Positions 1 through 11,800 of a stretch of 64,000 nucleotides of DNA are shown one piece after another; within the stretch, counting starts at the first letter, position 1, and every line of letters starts with the position of its first letter. The notes under the pieces are model-generated. The model searched no databases and was not told where the DNA came from. It worked only from the letters and a program-made list of their open reading frames with translations. A program made the position numbers and the translations under genes. Source of the stretch: Eledone cirrhosa (Eukaryota); NCBI GenBank assembly GCA_964016885.1, contig OZ024740.1, positions 241,056,001-241,120,000 of the forward strand, written 5' to 3'.

Positions 1-1410
1 TTCAGCCCAAGTTACAGGCATTGTCTGAATTTATATAGCACATTTCTTACATAGGGAATTTGATAACCTACAAGGAGGAATCTATAGAGACGATACACTA
101 CTTTTAGCTGAAAACCTAAATAATCAAAACTTAGAAAGATTAAGGAAAAAGATTAGGAAATTCTTTAATAACATCACTTTTGAACCCAACTCTAAAAAAG
201 CTAACTTCTTAGATGTATCACTCAACGTTAACTCAGGACTAATATAACCCTTCCATAAAAATAATGACAATTTAGCTTACATTGATTATAACTCTAATCA
301 CCCTCGCTCCATAATTAACTCCATAGCACATAGTACATCCCTTAGAATCTCGCGCCTATCTTCTAACCTATAAATTTTTAACGAACACGCTAACTACTAC
401 AACATAGCTATAATTAAGGCAGGCCATAAAGAGAGACTCAAATACATGCCAAATGCAAAACCAACAACACACTTAATATTAATAGCACTATCCACACCTA
501 TAGAAACAACAAATCTAGGACTAAACATAGAAATTGGCAACAAGCACGAAAATTAAATGAACAAAATACTAATATAAAGACCACTAATAACTATAGAAGA
601 TGCAGAAATAGAAACTACTTATGGTTCAATCCAATGTTTAACTCCTCTATAAAAACAAAACTACCTTTCAGTTTCTTCAAATTGGTTGACAAACACTTCC
701 ATAAAATTCATAAGTATCATAAAATCTTTAATAGAAAAATCTATCAAACTATCATACTCCACTGCCAACAACATAGAATCGCACATACATAAAATTAACT
801 ATAAAAGAATTATAATACAAGTGGCCCACAAATAAGTACCATAACACCAAATACAAAACAAGCATATAACATCATAACAACCAAACACACGCCAGAACAC
901 ATCACCACAATACATTAAGAAACCCAATTGTCAGTCCATACATAGCAACATACAAAACCATATCGAAGCACCGGCGCATAAAAAAGCATCTAAATGTAAC
1001 TGCCGTCTACCTGACAAATGCCCTTTATAAAATAGATGCCTAGAGACAAACATAGTATACCTATGTACTATAAATTCAGGTAGCTTAGCATGGCATTACA
1101 TTGGTTCCACAGCTGGGGAGTTTAAGAAAAAGTGGTACGTACATAGACACTCTATGATTAACAGGAATCTCTTAAATACAACGACTCTCGCCAATAAAAT
1201 CTGGCAACTCAAAGATGCAAACATGGAATATAAAATCAGCTGGACGAAGCTATCAAAAGCAACGGCCTATCAAATTGGTATGTCCCACCGCGGTCTCTGT
1301 AATATGGAACTTTTCCAAATTTTAAATTACAACAAAATTCTTCTTAACAGTAAAATTGAAAGAACTATTTTTTGTTGACATAAATCGGCAACCAAATTTG
1401 AGAACTTTAG
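1..1410 (+). mobile_element. Penelope-like retroelement, decayed (RT C-terminal half + GIY-YIG endonuclease); runs off the window start
   Basis: Frameshifted translation gives SAQVT..GGIYRDDTL, ANFLDVSL, PFHK..YI..NSNHP, LWFNP, CNCR..CPL..CL..IVYLC..HYIGST and LCNME..LLNSK.E; many stops. Confidence 0.9.
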
Positions 1411-1656
1411 ACCAGCTTAATTCCATCTTATTTATTCCATAACCCAGATTGTACCACTTGGATCTATTATGATATCACATTATCAGCATCATCATCATTA
1501 TGATTATGATTATAATTATAATTGTCACCATCTATCAAAGAACAACATCAAAACCTCTTATATTTACATTCTTATTTTATATATCTCTATCTTTCACTCT
1601 CTATCTTTATATTTCTATCCCTAAATTTATTTCATCTGTCATTCTATTTTATCATA

Positions 1657-1771
1657 TAATTGTTTCTACTTTTGGCACAAGGCCAGCAATTACCCAGTAC
1701 ATTACTGGTACTTTATTTTATCGATCCCGTAAGGATGAAAGGCAAAGTTAACCACGGCGGGATTTGAACTA
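1657..1771 (-). mobile_element. tRNA-derived SINE, 5'-truncated copy
   Basis: Reverse complement of the 3' half of the repeat at 2347-2543. Confidence 0.85.
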
Positions 1772-2346
1772 ATTAATTTATTTATTAAAATAACCAATAC
1801 ACACATAAATATATTTAACATTATCATATTTTTACCTTCATATCTCTCCATATATTCTAACAATTCTCAAAAACCACTCTCAATAATTTAAATATTCTTC
1901 GCAAATTTTTACTTCTTTTGCGTATTTATTTTCATTTTTCATTTTTCACATTTTATACCATTTTATATCACATTAAATGTAATTTATTTATTCATTTATT
2001 TATTTATCAATTTTTATATATTTTTTATATATTTATTTTTATTTTCTATTTACATTTATTATATATTACGTTTATTCATTTATTTTTTCCTCTATTCTTC
2101 TTTCTATCCGACGTTATTTTTACTTATGCTTGTCTCTCCTCTTTCTATCATCATTTTCTATATATTTACTTCTCTTTATATGTTTTTTTCTCTGTAATAA
2201 TTTCTCCTTTTTCTTCTTTTTTCTCTTTCACTTTTTCTTTATCCTTCTTTTTTCTTTTTCCTTTCCTTTCTTTCTTTACTGTATCTATCTCCCTTTCTTC
2301 CTTCTTTTCTCTGTATATCTTTATTATTAATATTATTATTGATGAT

Positions 2347-2543
2347 AAGGCGGTGGATTGGCTGTATCGGTAGAGGGTCGGACGCCATACTTTGACGCAA
2401 ATAGTTACGGCTCTTTCCATTCTGAGTTCAAATCCCGCCGAGGTTAACTTTACCTTTCATCCTTACGGGGTCGATAAAATAAAGTACCAGTAATACACTG
2501 GTTAATTGCTGGCCTTGTGCCAAAAGTAGAAACAATTATTATT
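2347..2543 (+). mobile_element. tRNA-derived SINE (~200 bp), full copy
   Basis: A-box-like TGGC..TATCGG, B-box GAGTTCAAATCC, (ATT)n tail; at least 7 similar copies in the window. Confidence 0.9.
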
Positions 2544-2912
2544 GATGATGTAATTTGAATTTGTAAATTTGCCGGTTACATATGTTTTCAATAACAGTTT
2601 CCGAAGATCTGATCGAGCTAACATCGTATTTAAAATTTTGTGGCACTGCTTCTAGTGTTCAGCAATTTTTAGACATGTTTATCAGTGAAACAATTGTTAG
2701 ACTGTAAATAAATCCCCTTTTTTGTACTGTTGACCATGTTATTCTCCACTTTTTCAATTTTATTACTCCAAGATAGGAATACAAGTGAAATCATAAACTC
2801 ATCATCTACGTAAACCTCTTGTTGAGTCAAACAATGCCGTCCGCTAAAACTATCCATAATAAGAAGTATTCACAACCTTTAACTGGATTACCTATAACGA
2901 TATTTTGTTATC

Positions 2913-2915
<3 letters not shown>

Positions 2916-2976
<61 letters not shown>
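2916..2976. repeat. (TA)n microsatellite, representative of more than 25 (TA)n, (CA)n, (GA)n, (GATA)n and (TAG)n tracts in the window
   Basis: Direct reading; others include 3578-3725, 14446-14522, 18405-18485, 21533-21618, 39470-39570, 43228-43300, 50266-50382 and 60754-60812. Confidence 0.98.
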
Positions 2977-2981
<5 letters not shown>

Positions 2982-3017
2982 TATAAATATTAATAAAATA
3001 GATGTTTTTTTCATCAA

Positions 3018-3078
3018 TTACATTTTATTATACATATTTCGGATGTACAACAGTACGTCCTCATCAGACAAAATATAA
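3018..3078 (-). ncRNA. Type I hammerhead ribozyme
   Basis: Minus strand: stem I uuauauuuugu, CUGAUGA, stem II GGA-cGUAC..GUACa-UCC, GAAA, stem III UAUGUA-UA, stem I 3' auaaaauguaa. Confidence 0.85.
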
Positions 3079-3350
3079 TGATACATGACATACCCTGAGA
3101 TGTTAAATGGTTAAGATTTAATCAAGGTAGTACCTACCTTGATTAAATCTTAACCATTATGTACATCCGAAATATGTATAATAAAATGTAATTGATCAAA
3201 AGAACATCTATTTATTAATATTTATATTCTAATATAATCTAATAACTTTGGAAAATATTTTTTCAGTAGAGTGCTTCCAATCCACTGTAAAACTCATTCT
3301 TTGATATACTCATTGAATTTTGTTTAACTCTTCAATATATATATATATGT

Positions 3351-3533
3351 ATAAATATAAATTCAGCGAGAACCGCATTTCGGCGGGTAGAAAAAGCGAA
3401 ACGTAACGCAAATTCCGAGTCATGCTGGCAAGCGCTCCATAATGTAAAAGACTAGAGCAATAAACATAGGTTATAAAGGCCATACAAACTGAGAAGGCGG
3501 TCAAGAAGCTATAGACCACCTAAGCCAAAAAAA
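3351..3533. repeat. ~180-bp dispersed repeat, second copy at ~5378-5558
   Basis: Near-identical sequence ATAAATTCAGCGAGAA...AGACCACCTAAGCCAAAAAA; both copies abut (TA)n. Confidence 0.85.
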
Positions 3534-3574
3534 CAAGCCAAGCTAAACAGGTCAGACGAAATAAATGACATAAT

Positions 3575-3722
<148 letters not shown>

Positions 3723-3812
3723 TATAAATTGAAACAAAATGAAAACGAAATTTCATTTCTCACTCTTAGTATGGCACTTACTTCGAACGTTCAACTATCT
3801 GGCAGATGGGTA

Positions 3813-3857
3813 AACGGTGCTGATGATAGCTAACAAGCTTGAAACTAGTACATCGTT
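3813..3857 (+). ncRNA. Type I hammerhead ribozyme (family A)
   Basis: aacggug CUGAUGA u-agcu-aaca-agcu-u GAAA CUAG UA caucguu; palindromic stem III ACUAGU; predicted cut after 3850. Confidence 0.9.
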
Positions 3858-4284
3858 CCTGTGTCAGTGTTGAACAAAAAGGTGACGTGGTTGCCTTAAC
3901 ACCGTATGGCATAAATTCAGGCTGTTCAGTTTGTTTACAAACGAACAAAGCGACGTTATAATAAGCGCCGCTAAACTGATACGTGCATATATGTATGTGT
4001 ACCTGTATGCATATGTATGTATATATGTATATATATATATATATGTGCATGCTACTGTACGTCTGTATACATATATGTATGTACGTATACATGCATACTT
4101 ACATTTAAGTAAGTGCCATACTAAGAGTGAGAAATGAAATTTCGTTTTCATTTTGTTTCAATTTATCGTTTTCGGTATGCCTGACCGATTTAACTCACTC
4201 AATATGCAAATTAGGCTGCTCAGCCGTTAATTTTCATAAGGAAAGTATATACTTTCGAACGTTCAACTATCTGGCAGATGGGTA

Positions 4285-4329
4285 AACGGTGTTGATGATA
4301 GCTAACAAGCTTGAAACTAGTACATCGTT
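4285..4329 (+). ncRNA. Type I hammerhead ribozyme (family A, C3U variant)
   Basis: Identical to 3813-3857 except the core is UUGAUGA. Confidence 0.75.
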
Positions 4330-4596
4330 CTTGTGTCAGTGTTGAACAAAAAGGTGACGTGGTTGCCTTAACACCGTATGGCATAAATTCAGGCTGTTCA
4401 GTTTGTTTACAAACGAACAAAGCGACGTTATAATAAGCGCCGCTAAACTGATACGTGCATATATGTATGTGTACCTGTATGCATATGTATGTATATATGT
4501 ATATATATATATATATGTGCATGCTACTGTACGTCTGTATACATATATGTATGTACGTATACATGCATACTTACATATATATTTATATATATATAT

Positions 4597-4747
4597 GCCG
4601 TTTTGATCAGGCAAAGACCGAATTGTGGGCTTGTTGCCACGTCGCGCCTCCACCACCCAGGCCCATTGAACGGCTTTCGTACCCTCGTGTCTTAGAGCAC
4701 GCGCTCTAGCTCTGACAACACAGCCTTCATGCTTTGCGCTGAAGATG
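4597..4747 (-). mobile_element. L1/Tx1 ORF2 fragment (EN-RT linker)
   Basis: FSAKHEGCVVRARARALRHEGTKAV..RRGNK..IRSLPDQNG; matches the peptides at ~29040 and ~59000-59150. Confidence 0.75.
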
Positions 4748-4780
4748 TGAGAAAAACCACAGACCCTCCATCTCAACTCA

Positions 4781-4818
4781 CCTTTTGAAAAGCAGAAGAA
4801 CTGCGAAACCGGTAAAGG
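4781..4818 (+). ncRNA. Type I hammerhead ribozyme, U3-A8 core variant
   Basis: ccuu UUGAAAA gcag-aagaa-cugc GAAA CCGG UA aagg. Confidence 0.7.
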
Positions 4819-4932
4819 AACCAAATAAATATATATATTTAAAAAAAAAATAAGACTCATCTCTTTTTCTTTATACTTTCACTCGTGTAGGACACCTCGG
4901 TTATTTTTCATTTTGTAAAAAAAACCCCTCAC

Positions 4933-4989
<57 letters not shown>

Positions 4990-5554
4990 TATATATATAA
5001 CAAACCTGGACCCTTGGAATTGATGGTAAAATCCAGTGCAGGGTTTCTGTGACACCTAAATCAATATTACTTTCTGCTTAAAACAATAAGCTTTTGGTAT
5101 AATGATCGAACAAGGACTATCACGTTATTAACAGGTATTTTCTTCTGCGTCAGTATTGTGGATGACAGAATGCTCCGTAAAAGCACATGTGTAACTCACA
5201 GAGGAAAAACCCTAGATTTTGGCAAATGAATTCAGTATGTGTAAATCATGCAAAAATTGCATAAATAGCACAAATCGAATAAGCTCTCGACCGGGTAGGT
5301 TTTAAAATAAACTTATACAATTAATCTGTCAATAGAATTATTAACAGGTTAATTGTAAGACTCGGGAGATTAATACAAATATAAATTCAGCGAGAATCGC
5401 ATTTCGGCGGGTAGTAAAAGCGAAACGTAACGCAAATTCTGAGTCATGCTGGCAAGCGCTCCATAATCTAAAAGACCAGAGCAATAAACATAGGTTATAA
5501 AGGCCATACAAACTGAGAAGGCGGTCAAGAAGCTATAGACCACCTAAGCCAAAA

Positions 5555-5615
<61 letters not shown>

Positions 5616-5780
5616 ATATGTTGAAAAGGTAACACACCAGAGAGAGATATACAGGGCGCTATCAATAAAACGGAAAAAACCCACCAGTGTATAGAATCTA
5701 TAACCTATGAAAGGCAGACTATAGACACGATAATTAACAATATAAATTAAAGCGTAAATAAATACCTCTATAACTATATA

Positions 5781-5863
5781 ACACACGTACAAATCCAAAG
5801 AGATGTTTCGCCGCCAGTAATTTGTTGACAGAAATGGAATAACCTCGTTTCATCAGCGTGTGT
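5781..5863 (-). ncRNA. Hammerhead-like motif with degenerate stem II
   Basis: acacacg CUGAUGA ...40 nt... GAAA CA..UG UA cgugugu; perfect 7-bp stem I, poorly paired stem II. Confidence 0.5.
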
Positions 5864-6099
5864 AAGGCTATACATTTCAGATAACACTAAGGGAATTTTA
5901 AAAGTGACTGTCCAGCTACACGTGGGAGAGAGAAGTCACAGCATGTTTAAAGGCAGTGAACCAGTGGCCTCTGAGGGACGAGCTGCTAGAAAGGGCAGCC
6001 CCAAAACACTCAGAGAAGTGTGCTCAACCAAACAGACAGATAGGAAAGACTTTTGTAAGGAGCGAAATATCACGATAAATTAACGGAGCCATAGGCTCT

Positions 6100-7110
6100 C
6101 GCAATTCCGCTTTTTGTGGAAGGGACGTGCTCCCATTGTCAGACGATCCATTTGCTGTCAACACCCTTTGCATGGAGGACTGGGCATGCCGTGGCTGATG
6201 ATGCGCAATAATGCGCTGAGGCTGCGACATCTCTGGTGCTTCCTTAACGGTGAACAGGTGTGGTCGCCGTTTGCCAGACGCGCTTTTCCCCAGCTCGTTT
6301 CCTTGACGGAGCTGCAGTCCTGGATCAGGAAAAGACCGAGGGAAAGCGCTTGGAAGCTGGAATGCCTCCAAGCATTCCCCGCCCTCTACCAGGTGCCGAT
6401 TTGCAAGCCCACAGACTATTCCTGGTTTATCTTGGCTACTGTGACAACTTCGTATTCCTTTAGAGTGGTGCCGAGCATCTGGACGTTTTTGGTGCTCGAC
6501 ACCACCACGGTGACGTCATCGACGTAAGCTGACACGGATCTCCTGTATCCCAGTTCGCGTGGGACTCCCCTCATCGTCTCTAATTTGTGCAGTAACGGCT
6601 CGAGGGCCAGTACGCACAAGAGGGACGAGAGGGGGCAACCCTGGCGTACCGAGCACATGATGCTGAAAGGGTGCGACAGGTGACCATTCACTCTCACAAT
6701 CGAGCAGCGATCCAGCCCCTAAAAACGGGCCCCGAATCCGGCCGCCTCGAGGACCGCAGCCAGGTACCGATGGTCGACCCTATCAAATAATTGATCCAAG
6801 TTGATCAGGGCCCCACCCGTACCAGGTTCTTTAACCACCCTCTCTATGATGTATCGCATGAGATGGAGGTTGTCGTGGATGGATCTATCCGGGATGGCGC
6901 ATGTCTGCGCCTCTCCCACCAGATCACCGACGACAAGCGCCAATCTCTTTGCTAAGACCTTGGCCAAAATCTTAAACTCTGCGTTTAGCAGAGTTATGAG
7001 CCTGAAGTTGTCTATAACCTCACCCTTGTTCGGGTCTTTTCTCAGCTGCGCCACCGCTCGCCGGCTCACAAAACTGGGAATGCTCCCGTTCTGCTGCCAG
7101 TTGCAGTAAC
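6100..7110. mobile_element. L1/Tx1 fragments: RT core on minus (6385-7110), post-RT region on plus (6100-6395)
   Basis: NFRLITLLNAEFKILAKVLA, FDRVDHRY, SVRQGCPLS, SAYVDDVT on minus; LWKGRAPIVRRSICCQHPLHGGLGMP on plus. Confidence 0.9.
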
Positions 7111-7124
7111 ATTTTGCTTACGGT

Positions 7125-8830
7125 GCGGTAACATCAGCTGGAGAATCCTTGGGAGGCGTGAGGATCAAGAGAGGTATCTTCCAGGGAGATAGTCTGTTGT
7201 TTGTCCTTGCCCTGATGCCCCTGACCATTATACTGCGAAAAGTGAGAGCAGGATACAAGTTGGGAAAGGGAGAGCTTACCATCAATCACCTCCTCTTCAT
7301 GGACGATCTTAAGCTCTTTGGGAAGAGTGAGAAGGAGTTGGATGTGCTTGTTGACACTGTCCGTATTTTCAGCAATGATATATGTATGCAATTTGGTATT
7401 AGTAAGTGTGGAGTCCTTGTGATGAAGAGGGGTAAATTGAGCAGAAGCAACGGAATCCAGGTACCAACTAGTGAGATGATAAAGGAAATTGACACTGAAG
7501 AGGGATACAAGTATTTGGGTGTTCTGGAGGCTGATGACATCAAGAACAAAAAAATGAAGGAATTGATAAGATCTGAATACATTCGGAGAGTAAGGAGCGT
7601 ATTAAAGTCACATCTGAACAGTAGGAATGCCATAAGTGCAGTAAATTCCCGAGCTGTGTCTATTATTAGGTACAGTGCGGGAATTCTGAGATGGAATGTT
7701 GCTGAACAAAAAGAAATGGATAGGAAGACTAGGAAGCTATTGACTATCTACAACATGTTCCACAAGAGGAGTGATGTCGATATACCCTACTTAAGGAGAT
7801 CTGAAGGTGGAAGAGGTCTTATCAGCATAGAGGACTGTGTTCAGATGGAGAAAAACAATCTACACAAATACGTGACTGATAGTAAGGAGCCAATGCTCAG
7901 AATTGTACTGAAGGAGAGAACAATAGACCAGGGGATGTCCAAGGAGGAAATAACAACAAGGAGAAAGACCAGCCTTCATGAAAAATCCCTTCATAGTACC
8001 TTCTTTGAGAAAACTAAATTCTGAGATCCACAGACATGGAACTGCTTGAAAAGAGGAGACCTTAAAAAGGAATGCTAATGGCTGCGCAAGGACAGGCCCT
8101 CAAAACGAAGTGGTTGAAACACCATATTTACATGGAGGAGGCTAGCCCACTGTGCCGGATCTGTGGAGAGAGAGAGGAGACTGTGGCTCACATTGTATCC
8201 GAGTGTAAACACCTAACCCAGACTCACTATAAAGGCTGGAGACATGGTGTGATGGGCAGGGTGATCCACTGGCACCTATGCAAAGTAAAACATTTACCAC
8301 ATTTTGAGAAGTGGTATGAGCATAAGCCAGAGTCGGTGATAGAAAACGATCAGGTGAAGGTGCTGTGTGATTTTAGGATACAGACGGACAAGAAACTGGA
8401 ACACAATAGACCTGACCTGGTGGTTTGGACAAGGAAAAAAGATCGTGCCTGATTGTGGATGTGGCCTGCCCATTCGACACGAGAGTGCAAGAGAAGGAGA
8501 GGGAGAAAATTAACCGATACCAGGTCTTAAAGTGGGAGGTAAAAAGGATTTGGAACTGCCATGAAGTCAAAGTGGTCCCGATTGTCATAGGCGCATTAGG
8601 TACTATCTCTAAAACTTTCCAGGGATAGTTAAAGAAAATTGGCCCCGCCACGCTTTTTGGAACGCTTCAAAAGGCATACTTGCTGGGAACAGCAAGAACC
8701 CTCCGATACGTCCTGAATATCTGAGGCTGCAGGTAGTGGCTTGATATTCATTTCAACAAACTTTCCAGTTAACTAACATCAATGACTGAGACTCAAAGAA
8801 CAATAATAATAATAATAATAATAATATTAC
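7125..8830 (+). mobile_element. RLE-type non-LTR retrotransposon (R4/Dong-like), 5'-truncated
   Basis: RGIFQGDSL, HLLFMDDLKL, YKYLG, RSEGGRGL, CRIC..ETVAHIVSEC, RPDLVV..IVDVACPFD..EKINRY; (AAT)n tail at 8802-8828. Confidence 0.92.
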
Positions 8831-11800
8831 TATGCATTAGGTAAGCCATCACAAGACAGACACACTTTAAACTCCTACAAAATCTGGAAAACTCGGAATC
8901 AAGCTAGAAGACGTGATATGGATGGAAATAAGTTGGCAAATGTAAGGAGGTATATCTTCAGAAATAATAGACTCACAGACACTGAACTAACTGCTATCAA
9001 GCAGGCTGTGGAGAATGACATAAATATAAATGATGAAAGAACTGAAGAATCTCCTGGAGATACTACCCAGTCACAAGTCTTTACTGAAAGACCTCCATCT
9101 GACCAAATCACAAATAGGTTTGTATAAATGAGAAGCCTTATTGAACCCGCTGACTTAGAAACAGTAATTGAAAACCAAACATCTGCTGAAGAACACAGGG
9201 AGACTATGAAGGAATTAAAGCAAAAAACACTGAATGAGCTTGCAGTAGTAAGACATTCTAGTATAAATGATAGAGAACCACTTCAAAAACTCCCGAATAC
9301 AATTCAAAATAGAAAACAAATAATGATTGGTAATTCTGTGATAAAAGAAATCATAGAAGAACTAGTAATTGATCTTACTGAGTTAAATGAAATCATTTAT
9401 GCATCTGCTAAATTAATTGAAACAAGTTGTTTACCACAAAAAAACCTCCCCAAAATGTCGAACCTTCGAGGTAAACCAATTTGGAGGAGTAGAATGGAAA
9501 AGGAGATTGACGTAATGAGAGGAGAAATATCTTTATTGAGTGAATTAACCGCTGGAAATGATATAAGATCCAAGAAGGTAAGAAAGCTAAAGAGAAAATA
9601 TGGATTGTCTTCTAGAGAAGCAATAGTTTCAACAAAAGAATCTCTGAAACAAAAAGTCCAAGTAAAAGCCCAACAAATTCGTAGATTCGAGAAACGAAAC
9701 AAATTCTACAGGCAAAATAAGTTGTTCTTATCCAATGCCAAGTCATTTTATAGAGAAGTAGCGAAGAAAAAAAATAATTATTGAAAACTTCTGGAGTAAG
9801 ATTTGGAGTGATGAGAAGACTAATGTAGATTGGATTAGTCGCCTTGAAAAATCCTACACAAATTTAGAACAGGCGTGGGAAGACATCTCTATAGCGGACT
9901 TAAGGACAGCACTCAATAAATCTCATAAATGGAAATTTCCTGGTAGAGACAGGGTGCCAAATTTCGGGCTTTCCTCACTTCCGTGCACTCACAATATATT
10001 GGTCAAGCTGTTTAATGGAATTATAAAAGATCCCAAAATACACCTGATTGGATAGCAAGTGGTATTACCTACCTTCTACCTTCTACAACGAAACCAAAGA
10101 TCCAAAAAAACTATCGGCCCATAACCTGCTTGTCCATCACTTATAAACTATTAACCTCTATTCTCATGGAAAAAGCATACGTGTTTTTGGTGGAGAACAA
10201 TCTTTTCCCCATTGAACAAAAAGGGTGCCGACGAGGTTCATATTGTTGCAAAGATCAACTTTTGATTAATCGTATGATCACTGAGAACTGTCATAATAAA
10301 CACAGAAATCTCAGTTCTGCATGGATCGATTATAAAAATGCCTTTGACAGCATACCACACTCATGGATTCTGAAATCACTGGACATCTTCAAAATCTCAC
10401 CTGTGATCTCAAACTTCCTGAAACACAATATGTCATTATGGAACACAAATCTCCAATTGTCTCATTCCACTGGGGTATTGTGCTCTAGGAATATAAACAT
10501 CAACTGCTTTTCTGCATAGCTTTTCTGCATAGCTTTAATACCCCTTACATCCGAACTTAATAGAACAGGGTACGGTTATAGAATTGACAACAAAAAAAGA
10601 AGCCACCTATTTTATATGGATGATTTTAAGCTATATTGCAAAGATGATGGCGAACTGGAAGGCCTTTTGCGGACAGTAAAAACGTTTAGCGATGACATCA
10701 GGATGGAGTTTGGACTTGACAAGTGTGCAAAAGCCACTTTCAAGAAGGGGAAGCTTGTCAACTCAGACTCAGTTGAATTGGATGCTGAAACAATCATAAA
10801 GGAACTTGAGCAGGAACAAACCTATAAATACTTAGGGATTAATGAGGACTCTGGCATGCAGCATGCAAGTATGAAAGAGAGGATAAGGAAAGAATGTTAC
10901 AGGAGAGTACGTGCAGTTCTGAGATCAGAACTAAACGCTCGTAGCAAGGTGCTAGCCATAAATTCCTTAGCAGTCCCAGTTGTCACTTATAGCTTCGGTG
11001 TGTTGAACTGGAATATGAGTGAAATCCAAAGAATCGACACCAAAGTCCGTAAGCTACTGACCTGTAATAGGCAGATGTGGATCGTCTTTACATTCCTAGA
11101 ACTCAAGGAGGCCGTGGCCTGATCCAATTTGAACTTGCTTACAAGACCGCCATCATTGGACTGGCTAAATAACTTGTTGAAAAGCATGAGAGAAGTAAGA
11201 AGCTTCATTCTATCTTGAAGGAGAGCAAAAAATATGCTACTGATCTCATGCTTGATACCCAGGCTGGACAGACTAAAGAAACTGTTGCAACTGATACTGC
11301 TAGGCGTATAAAATCACTGGCAAAAGCAAAAGGGCAAGGACAATTAGCATCAATGTGGGAGCAGAAACCTCTGCATGGCAAATATGTGGCCCGTAGCAAA
11401 CAAGCTGATGTTGACCAAAAGCACACCCATCAGTGGCTACGTAGTTCAGGGCTAAAGGCAGAGAGTGAAGGCTTCATCTTAGCTGCCCAAGATCAAAGCT
11501 TATTGACTCGTAATTACTAGGCCAATGTGATGAGAAACGGAATAAACACAAAGTGCCGATTCTGTAATGCTGAGGTTGAAACAGTAGTGTCTGGATGTAA
11601 AGTTTTAGCACCAGTAGAATACAAATATAGACATGACAGAGTTGGCCAATATCTACACTGGGTAATATGTCGGCATTACAAAATCAAAGCTGAAGACAAG
11701 TGGTACAATCATCACTCTGAGGCTGTAACTGAAAGAGAAAAAGTAACAATTCTCTGGGACTTTCCTGTACATACTGACAGGACCATAAAAGCAAATAGAC

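Larger units (their letters stand above)
3724..4596 (+). mobile_element. Non-autonomous HHR-bearing element, family A (472-bp unit x ~1.7 plus a 60-bp inverted 5' piece)
   Basis: 3784-4100 is repeated 472 bp downstream; 3724-3783 is the reverse complement of 4106-4166; flanked by (TA)n. Confidence 0.85.

Noticed and set aside
1918-2420. F/L-rich membrane-protein-like ORFs
   Set aside because: T-rich low-complexity sequence, probably a retroelement 3' UTR.
2347-2543. SINE heads as functional tRNA genes
   Set aside because: No complete cloverleaf; multi-copy with a shared body and (ATT)n tail.
2505-2543. SINE 3' tail (CTTGTGCC..TAGAAAC) resembling the RLE-LINE 3' end at ~15690-15710
   Set aside because: The similarity is too short to claim a LINE-SINE partnership without alignments.
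2585-2695. Possible minus-strand hammerhead (CUGAUAA ... GAAACUGUU)
   Set aside because: Core mismatch, no convincing stem II and off-register stem I.
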